A stretch of DNA of 64,000 nucleotides from an uncultured Nitrospiraceae bacterium (GCA_963727775.1 CAVSHB010000001.1:32001-96000); one strand, 5' to 3'; positions 29,726-40,840 are shown, numbered from the stretch's first letter. Made by a program: numbers and translations. The notes: generated from the letters alone by a model not told the origin.

Positions 29726-30826
29726 CTAAGCGGAGATGACAGCGCGTGACGCGTTCTTATATTCTTCGACTAAAGTTTTCATCAATTCTTTTACCGAAGT
29801 AATTTTGTCCGCTCTATACGCATTCGCTCCGGCAAATGCGAAACCGTGCGCCAAATTACCTCTCTGGGCATTGATCAGGGCGAAGGAGATGCAATATGGG
29901 GTGTTTTTATAATCACATGTTTTTAAACAATGATAAGGGCATTTAAAAGGCTTTCTTTGTCCCCGGCTCACTTCTTCAAGGAAAACATTCTTGATTGCTC
30001 TCCCCGGCATTCCCACAGGGCTTTTGATTATTACGATATCTTCTTCTTTCGAATCAATATATGCCTGTTTGAATTTTTCCGATGCATCACATTCATAGGT
30101 GGTAACAAAGCGTGTTGCCATCTGCACACCCGAAGCCCCCAACTGTAAGAACTTATAAATATCTGCTCCTGTATAAATGCCGCCTGCGGCTATCACCGGG
30201 ATCGGTTTATTGTATTTTTCTTCGTACGGTCTTAACGCCTGGATTACTTCAGGCACAAGTTTTTCCAACGAATACTCGGGATTGGATATCATCTCTTCTT
30301 TAAACCCGATGTGACCTCCTGCCTTAGGTCCCTCAACAACAACAGCATCAGGGATGTGATTGAATTTTTCGGACCATTTTTTTGCGATGATGCCGGCTGC
30401 CCGTGCAGAGGAAACAATCGGTACCAGTTTTGTTTTCATAGTGCCGTGCAAGAACTCAGGCAGATTCAACGGCAACCCGGCCCCTGAAAAAATGATATCT
30501 ATACCTTCCTCAATAGCGGTTTTTACCAGGTCGGCGAAATTTGTCAAAGCAACCATGATATTGACACCCAGAATTCCCTTTGTTAATTCTCTGGCTTTTC
30601 TGATCTCTTTTCTCAATGCCCTAATATTTGCCTCAAGGAAATTCTTGGAAAAATCAGGTTCGTCCATTCCGATATCTGCAGTAGCTATAACTCCGATACC
30701 TCCTTCTTCAGCAACCGCGGAAGAAAGCTTAGACAGAGAAATTCCGATGCCCATACCTCCCTGGATTATTGGAAGTTTAGCGGTTAAATCTCCTATCCTT
30801 AAATTTTTCAGACCGTCAAAACTCAT
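29726..30826 (-). CDS. Nitronate monooxygenase / FabK-like flavoprotein
   Basis: PIIQGGMG, EGPKAGGH, IAAGGI, GVQMATRF. Confidence 0.88.
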   Translation of the reverse strand: MSFDGLKNLRIGDLTAKLPIIQGGMGIGISLSKLSSAVAEEGGIGVIATADIGMDEPDFSKNFLEANIRALRKEIRKARELTKGILGVNIMVALTNFADLVKTAIEEGIDIIFSGAGLPLNLPEFLHGTMKTKLVPIVSSARAAGIIAKKWSEKFNHIPDAVVVEGPKAGGHIGFKEEMISNPEYSLEKLVPEVIQALRPYEEKYNKPIPVIAAGGIYTGADIYKFLQLGASGVQMATRFVTTYECDASEKFKQAYIDSKEEDIVIIKSPVGMPGRAIKNVFLEEVSRGQRKPFKCPYHCLKTCDYKNTPYCISFALINAQRGNLAHGFAFAGANAYRADKITSVKELMKTLVEEYKNASRAVISA

Positions 30827-31061
30827 GCAAAATCTCCTTCATCTCTCACGCGGTACCCATACCCTACCGCACCAAGAGTCATATTTTAAAATAAAATCGG
30901 AGGGATAAACCAAAAAGCTGTCTATTCCGCCTTCATTATTTTAAAACATTTTGCCTGTTTTTGGAAATCGGCAGTTGGAAGTGCTTAGGGCTCATAATTT
31001 TAGCCGCCGACCTTCAGGCATTTCAAACGCCGGATATAATCTGAAGTAAAGAAACATATTA

Positions 31062-32123
31062 TTAAAACAAGCTGAATTTGAAATATCTCTTGGGGTTTTC
31101 CTTAACATCTTTTATAAGGACGTTAAGCTCCTTTACTGTTGATTTAAAATCCTTGTAAATCTCTCCCTCCGTCACAAGATTACCCATAATACCCTCACCC
31201 TTTTCCATTTTTTGAAGAAGCTCTGAGAGTTTCTTTGATGAGGTATATAGATTTTCATAGAGACTATCATCCTCAGCGAGTCTTCCTATAGTGCCCTTTC
31301 CTGCTGCAAGTTTTTTTGAAAATTCATCAAGCGATGTCGATGCGCTCAAAAATTTGTCATAAAGTTCCCTGTCTTTTACGAGCCTGTTGAGGGTGCTGTC
31401 GGACTCCTTGAGATTGTCCGAGAAATCTTTTATGTTTTTTGCCGAAGACTCAAGCTTCGAATAGAGCGTCTCGTCGAAGGCGAGCTTTCCTAATGTGCCT
31501 TTCCCTTCTTCTATTTTCTTCGTCACATGCGCGAGGCTTCCGGCGGTATCTTTGAGACTATCGTACAAGGACCTGTCTTTAAGAAAAAGGGAAAATGTCC
31601 CGTCCCCCTTTTCGATCATCGCTATAAAATCGTCGAGCCTCTTGGCGAGATCAGTCACCTTGGTAATTGATTCCTTGCTCTTCTCTATAATATCCTGGAA
31701 CTCCAGTTGTGTTGCGCCGGTAAGGCTGTCGCCTTCTTTAAGCCTGGCGGTTTCGGCAGAGCCGGTACCGATCTCGAGATACTTATCGCCGAGAAGCCCG
31801 AGTGTGAGAATTGTTGCAGTTGAATCTTTTCTTAAGTAGTTGAGGGTTTCACGATCAATAGACATCGATACCCTTATTTCTTTCCCCTTATAAAAGGACA
31901 TGGATTTGACCTTCCCTATCTCGATACCTGAAAACCAGATAGGGGCGCCGGGCCTCAGCCCGCGGACGTCATGGAAATCCGCATATATCGTTGCCCTCGG
32001 TCTAAATATCCCCTCTATGTTCCCTGCCAGCATTACCGCGAGAAAAAGCACTATAAGGGCAGCGGTGATGACCATCCCCACCTTCAGTTTGGCCCATTTT
32101 ATATGTTTTACGTATTCGTCCAT
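31062..32123 (-). CDS. mlaD: MlaD/MCE-family protein
   Basis: N-terminal TM, GLRPGAPIWFSGIEIGKV, LGLLGDKYLEI, helical repeats. Confidence 0.88.
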   Translation of the reverse strand: MDEYVKHIKWAKLKVGMVITAALIVLFLAVMLAGNIEGIFRPRATIYADFHDVRGLRPGAPIWFSGIEIGKVKSMSFYKGKEIRVSMSIDRETLNYLRKDSTATILTLGLLGDKYLEIGTGSAETARLKEGDSLTGATQLEFQDIIEKSKESITKVTDLAKRLDDFIAMIEKGDGTFSLFLKDRSLYDSLKDTAGSLAHVTKKIEEGKGTLGKLAFDETLYSKLESSAKNIKDFSDNLKESDSTLNRLVKDRELYDKFLSASTSLDEFSKKLAAGKGTIGRLAEDDSLYENLYTSSKKLSELLQKMEKGEGIMGNLVTEGEIYKDFKSTVKELNVLIKDVKENPKRYFKFSLF

Positions 32124-32136
32124 AACATTTCCTTTC

Positions 32137-32904
32137 CTAAAAATTGAAATTAAACGCAGAGCTTTCCTTTATGTGAAGCTCGGATATAAAATCCCTGAGT
32201 TCCGGATCGGATGTATTGATAAGCTCCCTGATATTACCGTCGAAGACAATATTGTCCTTAAGGTAGATGAAGCGCTCCGCAATTTTTATCGCATCCGTGA
32301 CTTTATGTGTTACCGCGATGAGGCCCATTCTGTTCGGTGGTTCTCCAAGCGAGAGCTCGTTAATAAGATTACAGATGTTTGCAGCGGTGAGCGGATCAAG
32401 ACCTGTTGTCGGCTCATCATAAAGCATCATCTTCGGGGTCCCGGCTGCCAATGACCGCGCGATGGCCACGCGCCTTTGCATCCCCCCGCTTAATTCCTCA
32501 GGTTTAAGGTAAATAGCATGCTCAATATCAAGCCTTCGCGCGAGTTCCCTTACGCGCGTGTCGATCTCCTCTTCGGAATAGTGGGTGTATTCCCTGAGAG
32601 CAAAGGCTATGTTTTCCTTTACGTTCAGGGAGTCGAAGAGGGCGCCTTCCTGAAATACTATACTGAATTTTATCCTTGCATCCCTGAGCTTTTCAGGCGA
32701 CATCTCTCCGACATCTTCTCCGTCAATAAGTATCCTGCCGCTGTCCGGCAATGCGAGACCGAGCAAAAGCTTCAGTATAGTCGTCTTCCCCCTGCCGCTC
32801 CCTCCCAATATCACTATTTTTTCGTGGAAGTCGGCTTTAAAGTTCAGCCCATTAAGCACCCTGTTCTCTCCGTATGCGAGACTTACGTTCTGAAACTCTA
32901 TCAT
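32137..32904 (-). CDS. mlaF: MlaF-type ABC ATPase
   Basis: GGSGRGKT, FQEGALFDSL, LSGGMQRR, YDEPTTGLDP. Confidence 0.9.
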   Translation of the reverse strand: MIEFQNVSLAYGENRVLNGLNFKADFHEKIVILGGSGRGKTTILKLLLGLALPDSGRILIDGEDVGEMSPEKLRDARIKFSIVFQEGALFDSLNVKENIAFALREYTHYSEEEIDTRVRELARRLDIEHAIYLKPEELSGGMQRRVAIARSLAAGTPKMMLYDEPTTGLDPLTAANICNLINELSLGEPPNRMGLIAVTHKVTDAIKIAERFIYLKDNIVFDGNIRELINTSDPELRDFISELHIKESSAFNFNF

Positions 32905-33677
32905 ACTTCCATCCCGAACACGGAAAGAAGAATTCTTGTAAGAATGAAGTCCGTTACAATTATTGTAATTATAGAGAATACGACCGCAGTTGTTGTCGAC
33001 CGCCTTAGCCCGATTGCCCCCCCTCTTGTCGAAAGCCCGGTATAGCAGCTGATACAGGCAATCAGATACCCGAATATGAAAGGCTTTATAGTTCCGGCTG
33101 CGACTGTTTCAAGGTCCATTATCGCCCTTATTTGACTCCAGTAGAATGAACTGCTCTGATGGCTTACGAACACCGCTATATAGTAACTCCCAAGCAGTGA
33201 TATGGCATCGCCGATGACTGTGAGCACGGGCAGCATAACTATCGAGCTTATTACACGCGGAGTCACCAGCTTTTTTATCGGGTCGATACCGTGTACCTTG
33301 AGGATATCGACCTGATGTCCGAGTTGCATTGATCCCAGTTCAGAGGCTATCCCCGCGCCGACTCTCCCTGTAAAGCTGAGAGCAATGGCAACCGGACCTA
33401 TTTCTTTGATTATCGAGAGGCCGACAACTCTCCCTGTATACATTTTCAGCCCAAGTGGCGACAGTTCCGCGGACAGTTGGAGAGAAAGGGCCATGCCGAT
33501 GAACAGTGATACGAGCACCACGATAAAAAAGGACCCGGCCCCTGCATAATCCATCTGCTCTATGACCTCTCTGGCGTAATAAGGTCGTTTGAAAGCCCCT
33601 GTGATGGCGTAAAGGGAGATGAGATAGAATTCCTGGAGACCTGCGACCTTTGCCCTTAGATTAATTAAATAACTCAT
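32901..33677 (-). CDS. mlaE: MlaE-type ABC permease
   Basis: KEIGPV, GRVGAGIASELGSM, LVTPR, GGAIGLRRSTT. Confidence 0.9.
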   Translation of the reverse strand: MSYLINLRAKVAGLQEFYLISLYAITGAFKRPYYAREVIEQMDYAGAGSFFIVVLVSLFIGMALSLQLSAELSPLGLKMYTGRVVGLSIIKEIGPVAIALSFTGRVGAGIASELGSMQLGHQVDILKVHGIDPIKKLVTPRVISSIVMLPVLTVIGDAISLLGSYYIAVFVSHQSSSFYWSQIRAIMDLETVAAGTIKPFIFGYLIACISCYTGLSTRGGAIGLRRSTTTAVVFSIITIIVTDFILTRILLSVFGMEV

Positions 33678-33723
33678 TAATACCTCTTGTTCATTCAGTT
33701 GTATGATACAATAATATGAAAAA

Positions 33724-34494
33724 TTACAGCACTTCGATTATTGATCTTACCGCATGCCACAGATTATTTGAAGCCATACCGGCGTTTCTTCCGATTTTTA
33801 TAATATCTTTCATCAGTTGCGGTTTGTAAAGCAACAACCTGAGGGCACGGAACCTGCTGTAATTTCCGGATTCGTCCGTCACCCGGAGAAACTCCGGCGG
33901 AATCTCTTCATCCGCCCGGTCGGTGATAGACCGCACGGCAAAAAAAGGCAATTCAAGTTTCAAGGCGAGTTTAGCCAGGAAGAATGTTTCCATGTCACAT
34001 ACAGGAAAAGAAATATCAGCCGGCAACCTGTTTTTAATCCCGGATTTTTTCATGTATCTCTCGAAAGTTAAAATACATCCTTCTTGTATGTCGACTTTAC
34101 CCGAAAGTTTGTTGATGATCTCTCCGGAACCGGGAATTTCCAGTGAATATGAATCCAGGCAATTAAGCGCGGCTTTTGGTTTCTCCTCAATATTTTCAGG
34201 AATGAGGAAAACTCTGGCTGCGCCAATGAGATCGCCGGCTGATGCGCTATCGTATAAAGCGCCGCCAAATCCGATAGATAAAACAAAATCCGGCTTGTGT
34301 TCTTCGAACACGTATTCCAGCGCAGCTTCCGCATTTCGCGCTCCCATACCCGCCTGTACCAGGATAATTTCCTTGGCGGCGTATTCGGAAAAAAATAAGG
34401 TTAAAGGACGCCTTTCAAAACTTTTTGCAGGTTTAAAGTTTTTGATTATCCGTTTTATTTCCTGTGGGAAGGCCGAAAATATCGCTAATCTCAA
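33724..34494 (-). CDS. hpnG: Nucleoside phosphorylase family, probable adenosylhopane nucleosidase
   Basis: GMG, SIGFGGAL, CDMET, VRSITD; hopanoid context. Confidence 0.7.
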   Translation of the reverse strand: MRLAIFSAFPQEIKRIIKNFKPAKSFERRPLTLFFSEYAAKEIILVQAGMGARNAEAALEYVFEEHKPDFVLSIGFGGALYDSASAGDLIGAARVFLIPENIEEKPKAALNCLDSYSLEIPGSGEIINKLSGKVDIQEGCILTFERYMKKSGIKNRLPADISFPVCDMETFFLAKLALKLELPFFAVRSITDRADEEIPPEFLRVTDESGNYSRFRALRLLLYKPQLMKDIIKIGRNAGMASNNLWHAVRSIIEVL

Positions 34495-34500
34495 GGGGCG

Positions 34501-35418
34501 CTATTTTCCCCATTTTTTACGGAACCATTCCACCGTCGTTCGCAATCCGGTTTCGAACTCCATTGCGGGTTTCCAGCCCAACTCACGCATGGCTTTTTCA
34601 GCAGATATCTCCTTACCGCCAAAGTCCCCGGGACGCTCAGGTACGAATTCTATCTTCACATGGTCCCCGATTACCGCCCTGATACCTTCCGCAACTTGCA
34701 GTACAGTGACCTTCCGGGCGCCTTCAAGATTATATGTCTGATCAGCCGCAACTTCTTTCATAGCAAGGACATGGGCGTCTGCTATATCGCGCACATAGAT
34801 GAAGTTGCGGTATTGGCCGCCGGTTCCTGAAACTGTGAGGGGCTGTCCGTTCAGCGCCTTTTTAACAAAGATAGGGATAAGCAGTTCCTCCCGCATGCGC
34901 GGGCCGTAGGGAATTCCAAGCCGCAGGACGGTTACAGGGACATTATACAGCTGGCTGTAATTGTGGCAGACCATTTCGCACGCAATCTTTGAAGAAGTGT
35001 AAATATGTCCCACCCCGTTAAGGTAAAAAGGCAGAGATTCTTCCATCGGTCCAAGGTCCGGGGCCCCGTTGTACACCCAGATTGTCGAGGCCAGATATAC
35101 CCTCCGGGCATTATTCAGCCTTGCAGCTTCCAGAACGTGAACAGTGCCCATTATATTAAGCGCAGTGGTATAGACGGGATATTTGTAAGCGTAATTGACG
35201 TTTGAAACCGCAGCCAGGTGGAAGATGTGTTCAGCGCCACGGGTTGCGGCCTGAACAGACGACATGTCCATCAGGTCAATATCTTCAAAATTGATATCTT
35301 CACGGTGCGGACGGACACGGTGGTCAATGACGGTCACCTCATGCCCTGCATCCATGAGAGCGTCCACAACATGTGATCCTATGAACCCGCATCCTCCTGT
35401 AACAACAACTTTTGCCAT
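34501..35418 (-). CDS. NAD-dependent epimerase/dehydratase
   Basis: GGCGFIG, YTSSK, YGPR. Confidence 0.9.
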   Translation of the reverse strand: MAKVVVTGGCGFIGSHVVDALMDAGHEVTVIDHRVRPHREDINFEDIDLMDMSSVQAATRGAEHIFHLAAVSNVNYAYKYPVYTTALNIMGTVHVLEAARLNNARRVYLASTIWVYNGAPDLGPMEESLPFYLNGVGHIYTSSKIACEMVCHNYSQLYNVPVTVLRLGIPYGPRMREELLIPIFVKKALNGQPLTVSGTGGQYRNFIYVRDIADAHVLAMKEVAADQTYNLEGARKVTVLQVAEGIRAVIGDHVKIEFVPERPGDFGGKEISAEKAMRELGWKPAMEFETGLRTTVEWFRKKWGK

Positions 35419-35431
35419 TGTAAATTCTCCT

Positions 35432-36577
35432 TTATCCTATAACTTGTTTCAATGAATTCAGTACCCAGCGCGCCTCATCCTCTGTCATTCCGGAAAATAC
35501 CGGAAGGCATATATGTCTTGCGCAATAGTCTTCAGAAACCGGCAATGGACCGGCGGCATATTGTTTGAATACCGGCTGCTTGTGCAAAGGCTCTTCATAA
35601 ACCTCTCCTGAAAGGGACACCCCATAATGTTCGCGCAATATGCCCTTTAGGGTTTTCCTGTCTTTCTTATCTGCCCATCGGTCTGAAAGCACCGCAATAT
35701 ATTTGTAATAATTACAAACTCCGCCCGAGGGAATCTCCAGCCGCCGCAGATTGAGAAACCCGTTCAACCTCTGATCATAAATCGCGGCTGCCTTCTGCCT
35801 ATCCGAGATCATTTCAGGCAGACGTTCAAGATGCCTGAGACCGATAATTGCATGAGGCTCAGACATGCGCCAGTTATAGCCCATTCTTGTATGGGCGTTT
35901 TGTGTGAAACTGGCTTTTCCCTGGTCTCTATATATCTTTGCCTCTTCTGCTATCTTATCGTCATTGGTGACAATCATGCCTCCTTCGGCCGAGGTCATGA
36001 CCTTTGTCGGATAAAAGCTGAACGATCCGGCAATGCCGAAAGCCCCTGCCTTAATTCCTTCATAGGAAGACCCATGCGCATGGGCTGCATCCTCGACCAG
36101 CCAGATGCCTTTACTCCTGCATAATTCCTGCAGTTCTTTTATCCTGCGGGAGATAATACCTCCAATGTGCACGACTACAACCCCTGCGGTCTTCGGAGTA
36201 ATATGGTCCTCTATATCTTCAGGTCTTACTGCGAAAGATTCCGGGTCCATATCAACCAGAACCGGGCGTGCTCCCGCGTGGACTACCGCAGCCGCTGTAG
36301 CGAAGAAGGTATTGGTCGGCACTATTACATCTTTGCCCTCTACACCTAGGGCCCTGAAAATGATTTCGAGAGCGCTGGTGCCGCTGTTGACCGCAATGGC
36401 ATGGCGGCAGCCGCAGAAAAGAGCAAATTTCTCCTCGAATTGGGCTCCGTATTTGCCCAGTGTCAACTGTCCTGTTGTCAGGGATTCGTTGATCCTTTCA
36501 GTGATCCAAGCCCGATCTTCGGGTAAAAATTGGATCTTTGCAGCCGGAATTCGATATTGAGTAGCCTTATCATTCAT
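35432..36577 (-). CDS. DegT/DnrJ/EryC1/StrS PLP-dependent aminotransferase
   Basis: NSGTSAL, EDAAHAHG, FSFYPTKVMTSAEGG, GYNWR. Confidence 0.92.
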   Translation of the reverse strand: MNDKATQYRIPAAKIQFLPEDRAWITERINESLTTGQLTLGKYGAQFEEKFALFCGCRHAIAVNSGTSALEIIFRALGVEGKDVIVPTNTFFATAAAVVHAGARPVLVDMDPESFAVRPEDIEDHITPKTAGVVVVHIGGIISRRIKELQELCRSKGIWLVEDAAHAHGSSYEGIKAGAFGIAGSFSFYPTKVMTSAEGGMIVTNDDKIAEEAKIYRDQGKASFTQNAHTRMGYNWRMSEPHAIIGLRHLERLPEMISDRQKAAAIYDQRLNGFLNLRRLEIPSGGVCNYYKYIAVLSDRWADKKDRKTLKGILREHYGVSLSGEVYEEPLHKQPVFKQYAAGPLPVSEDYCARHICLPVFSGMTEDEARWVLNSLKQVIG

Positions 36578-36814
36578 TTGGGGTTATTAAATCCTCCGTT
36601 TCATATTATAAATTATAGATTTATAATTTTATAAGCTAATGTTTACAACGATAAGAGCGCATAACTTTTTCAAATATAAACGTTACATCATATCACACAT
36701 AAAATGACTTTCAAAAGTATGACCGCAGATATCACTGTAACTCGCATCTTTATTAGCCACCATAAAGATGCTCAGAAGCTGAATGCTTGTTCCATGGCGT
36801 TCACAGTTAACGCG

Positions 36815-37540
36815 TTACTCATTAACAAAACAGGTAAGGTGCCCATCCGTGTAGGAAATGGAGAGCTGTCTATCTATGAATTTGGCAAGGCAATCGGCTA
36901 CGCTAAAGATGACAAGCGGTTTCTTCATCTTATTGACTTTGCGGGCAATAGCCTCGTAAAGCTCTTTTCCGCCATCGAGAGGCTTCGCTGGGAGATACAT
37001 ATAAATAAAATCAACTGCTTCAATCGATACGTTAACAATGTCGTCCCGAATCCACTCTACACGATCGGCGCCAATCTCAAGTGCTTGTTGAAAGATTTGA
37101 CCGACGCGAATCATTTCGGAAGAAAGCTCGATTTGGATTGTTTTTTGGTGTGGGCAAATGCACTGTAACAACAAACCCTGTAGTCCATTTCCTGCGCCAA
37201 GGTCAGCGACGATTGAATCAGGCGTGATAAACTGCGCTGCCTTAATAAGCGGTGAAAGCCCCCCCGGGTGGCATGAATATCCTTTTCTTCTTGTAAGTAT
37301 TTCCCTTTCTTGCAGAGAATACGTAGAGCCTGCACTATGCAATCGTATATATAAGTTGAGCAGAGCCCTTTCGAGTGTGGAAGGCTCGTTTTTTTTTAAA
37401 GCACTCTCAAGATTACTTACATAATGATCGAGTTCTGATGATTCTGACTTAACAGAACTGTTAGTCGCAATTTTAAGTAGAGAGTTTATAATAATAGATA
37501 TCTGTTTTTCCCAACTTGTATTTTCGAAAAGGTTATCCAT
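36815..37540 (-). CDS. Class I SAM-dependent methyltransferase
   Basis: VADLGAGNG motif I. Confidence 0.7.
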   Translation of the reverse strand: MDNLFENTSWEKQISIIINSLLKIATNSSVKSESSELDHYVSNLESALKKNEPSTLERALLNLYIRLHSAGSTYSLQEREILTRRKGYSCHPGGLSPLIKAAQFITPDSIVADLGAGNGLQGLLLQCICPHQKTIQIELSSEMIRVGQIFQQALEIGADRVEWIRDDIVNVSIEAVDFIYMYLPAKPLDGGKELYEAIARKVNKMKKPLVIFSVADCLAKFIDRQLSISYTDGHLTCFVNE

Positions 37541-37690
37541 GTGTCAAAACTGTTCCGCTTTCTAATTGGTTGCAATTTTATACATTACAGAAATTATATA
37601 GCAGGTGGGGGGCCTCGCTTCAAGACTTTACTGATTGAAACGCTGACTACGAGATATGCGCATCATTACCCTCCACCGTTGAATGATCGC

Positions 37691-38227
37691 CTATTTCATT
37701 TTTGAGGGCAACTTGATCGTCTCGCCTGCAACCATGAAAGCGCCTTTCCCTCGATGATGAATCGTCTGCGCGTCTTTCTTTGCGGGGTTGATCCACGCTT
37801 TGAGCACCTCAAGGATGAAGAGATTGTATTTGGATACCATCTTCCCATCGACGACCTTGCATTCAAGATTCGCATAACACTCGCAGATGAGCGGCGCCTT
37901 AACGCATGAGGCGGATGCCTCTGTGAGCCCAAAGACCTTGAACTTGTCGACCGTTCGTCCGCAGGTGTTCCCGCAGCCCACCACCTTTTCCGCCAGCTCC
38001 ACAGTAGGGATGTTGATCACGCATTCCTTGGTCACCTTCAAGATGTCAAACGTGTAGTTCCGGTTGCTTATCACGCAACCCACAATCGGCGGCTCGAAAT
38101 CTATCATCATGTGCCACGACATGGTCATGATGTTCGCCGGCCCTTTGCTGGAGGTAGTGACCAGCACTACCGGCCCCGGCTCGAGCAGGCCATAGACCTT
38201 AGATAAGGGAAACGATTTTTTTACCAT
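37691..38227 (-). CDS. Flavin reductase-like protein
   Basis: PGPVVLVT, NIMTMSW, ECVINIP, APLICECYANLEC. Confidence 0.85.
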   Translation of the reverse strand: MVKKSFPLSKVYGLLEPGPVVLVTTSSKGPANIMTMSWHMMIDFEPPIVGCVISNRNYTFDILKVTKECVINIPTVELAEKVVGCGNTCGRTVDKFKVFGLTEASASCVKAPLICECYANLECKVVDGKMVSKYNLFILEVLKAWINPAKKDAQTIHHRGKGAFMVAGETIKLPSKMK

Positions 38228-38428
38228 TTCTACACCCCCGTCTCAATACAATTTTATCCAAAAAGATGTGACAATATTGACAAATAAAAAAATTGATAGT
38301 TAAATGAAAAGGACCGTATTTTTGATTATGGTTTGCCAAAAATATGATCGATAAGATATTTTAATAAATCAAACAAGTTTTGGTAAGCCCTGCTATACAA
38401 ACGGCGTGCTTCGCGTTAAAGGAGGAAA

Positions 38429-39370
38429 ATGGCGCTTTATCTTGTGACCGGCGGAGCCGGCTTTATCGGCTCACATGTGGTAGAAAAACTGCTTGACAAA
38501 GGCGAGCAGGTAAGAATATTTGATAATTTTTCAACAGGGAAAAGAGAAAACCTTTCGGCTTTCGGCAAGCGGATAGAAATAATTGAAGGGGACATAAGAG
38601 ACGCTTCTCTCTGCCGGAAGGCAATGGAGAATGCAGAATATGTTATTCATTTGGCGGCATTGCATGAGGTGGTGCGTTCAGTAGAGCAGCCTCTGGAAAC
38701 GCATGAAATAAATGTGACAGGTATCCTGAAGGTCCTGTTGGCCGCCCGGGACAGCAAGGTGAAAAGGTTTGTATTCTCTTCTTCATCTGCGGTCTACGGG
38801 AACAGCCCCGAGCTTCCGCGGTCAGAAGAAATGACGCTTATCCCGACATCTTCTCCTTATTCGGTGAGCAAACTCGCGGGCAAGTATTACTGCCGGCTTT
38901 TTTCCCATCTCTACGGTCTTGAAACTGTCTGCCTGCGATACTTCAATGTATACGGTCCGCGGCAGGATGCAAAATCCGATTATGCCGGTGTCACGCCGAA
39001 ATTTATTTCCGCACTGATTTCCGACAGACCTCCTACGATCTATGACGATGGTGAACAGACACGTGATTTCGTTTATGTGTCTGATTGTGCGGGAGCGACG
39101 GTTGCGGCATGCCGACAGCCCGGGCTTTCCGGGACCGTTCTGAACATCGGTACAGGCCATCGTACTTCTGTGAACGAGCTTTGCTCGCACCTTCAGAAGA
39201 TTCTGGGGAAGGAGATACCTCCACGGTTCGGCCCGCCCCAGCCCGGCGATATCAAACACGATTATGCAACTATCGAAAAGGCGGCCCGTCTATTGTCTTA
39301 TAAGCCTGCCTGGGAAATACATCAAGGATTACGCGAAACAGCTGCGTGGTACTTAAGGAGCGGCATATGA
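38429..39370 (+). CDS. NAD-dependent sugar epimerase (SDR)
   Basis: GGAGFIG, SPYSVSK, LRYFNVYGPRQ. Confidence 0.9.
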   Translation: MALYLVTGGAGFIGSHVVEKLLDKGEQVRIFDNFSTGKRENLSAFGKRIEIIEGDIRDASLCRKAMENAEYVIHLAALHEVVRSVEQPLETHEINVTGILKVLLAARDSKVKRFVFSSSSAVYGNSPELPRSEEMTLIPTSSPYSVSKLAGKYYCRLFSHLYGLETVCLRYFNVYGPRQDAKSDYAGVTPKFISALISDRPPTIYDDGEQTRDFVYVSDCAGATVAACRQPGLSGTVLNIGTGHRTSVNELCSHLQKILGKEIPPRFGPPQPGDIKHDYATIEKAARLLSYKPAWEIHQGLRETAAWYLRSGI

Positions 39371-40818
39371 ATATCTCAAAGAAAAGCCGTCCCGGAATGA
39401 AGACCTTACTCCTGAACCCCCCGTCTTTCGAAAACTTTGACGGCGGGGCAAGTTCACGCTATCAGGCAACACGCGAGATTACCTCCTTCTGGTATCCTGT
39501 TTGGCTTGCCTATCCCGCCGGGTTGATCGAGCAAAGCCGTCTGCTCGATGCGCCTTCTCACGGCGTGAGCCCCGAGGAGACAGTGAATATTTCCGGGGAT
39601 TATAATTTTGTTGTTATCTTCACAAGTACGCCCGGATTCCGAAGCGATATCCGGCTTGCCGAGATGATGAAGACTGCAAAGCCCGACATAAAGATTGCCT
39701 TTGTAGGGCCTCATGTTTCTGTTAAGACCGAAGAAAGCCTGAAGGCTTCAACGGCGATAGACTTTATTGCAAGGAAGGAATTTGACTATTCAGTAGCTGA
39801 ATTTGCGTGGGGGAAAAAACTCGAAGAGATTGAAGGCATAAGCTTCAGGAAAGATGGAAGCATTGTTCACAATCCTGATCGTCCTCCCCTTGACGATCTC
39901 GACTCACTGCCTTTCGCTGTCGAGATTTATAAACGGGACCTTGATATAGCACGGTACAATATCCCTTATCTGAAACATCCATATGTATCTTTTTATACAT
40001 CCCGCGGTTGTCCGGCACTGTGCGCATTTTGCCTGTGGCCTCAAACGATGAGCGGGCATCAATGGCGCACCCGCAGCAGCGATAATGTTATTTCCGAAGT
40101 AAAGAGGGCGCTCGAATTATTGCCCGAGATGAGGGAGCTGTTTTTTGATGACGATACCTTCACCTGGCGGAAGTCCCGGGTCCTCGAAGTGTGTGAGAAA
40201 TTAAAACCTCTCAAATTCACGTGGTCATGCAACTCAAGGGTCACTGCCGATTATGAGACGCTCAAAGCGATGAAAGAGGCTGGATGCAGGCTTTTGATCG
40301 TCGGGTTTGAGTCAGGCGATCCGAACATTCTCAAGAACATCAAGAAGGGTGCGACAATAGAGCAGGCTTTGGCGTTTATGAAAAATTGCAAGGACCTTGG
40401 ACTCACGGTCCACGGGGATTTCCAGATCGGCCATATGGGTGAAACGACTGAAACTATCGAAAGAACAATGAAGTTCGCCATGCAGCTCGATCCCGAAACA
40501 ATACAGGTATCCATATCCCATCCCTATCCGGGGACGGATTTTTATAAATACCTGGAAAAAAACGGATACCTGACTACCGCTGAAATGACCGATGAGTCAG
40601 GCCATCAATTGCCCAATATACAGTACCCCGGCTTGAGCAGGAAGGAGATAATGAAGGCTGTTGAAGATTTCTATGCGCGATATTATTTCAGGCCGAGAGT
40701 TATTTTCAGAATAGTCCGCCGCTCGCTCTTTGATGCGAGGGACCGGAAAAGATTGTTCAATGAAGCAAAGGAATTTTTTCAGCTCCGCGCCAAGAGAAAA
40801 AACTTTATGAAAACATAG
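39367..40818 (+). CDS. hpnJ: Hopanoid-associated radical SAM protein HpnJ
   Basis: LNPPSFENFDGGA, SFWYPVWLAY, GCPALCAFCLWPQT; ATGA overlap with the epimerase. Confidence 0.92.
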   Translation: MNISKKSRPGMKTLLLNPPSFENFDGGASSRYQATREITSFWYPVWLAYPAGLIEQSRLLDAPSHGVSPEETVNISGDYNFVVIFTSTPGFRSDIRLAEMMKTAKPDIKIAFVGPHVSVKTEESLKASTAIDFIARKEFDYSVAEFAWGKKLEEIEGISFRKDGSIVHNPDRPPLDDLDSLPFAVEIYKRDLDIARYNIPYLKHPYVSFYTSRGCPALCAFCLWPQTMSGHQWRTRSSDNVISEVKRALELLPEMRELFFDDDTFTWRKSRVLEVCEKLKPLKFTWSCNSRVTADYETLKAMKEAGCRLLIVGFESGDPNILKNIKKGATIEQALAFMKNCKDLGLTVHGDFQIGHMGETTETIERTMKFAMQLDPETIQVSISHPYPGTDFYKYLEKNGYLTTAEMTDESGHQLPNIQYPGLSRKEIMKAVEDFYARYYFRPRVIFRIVRRSLFDARDRKRLFNEAKEFFQLRAKRKNFMKT

Positions 40819-40840
40819 CTGGACTATACGGAATAAGATT

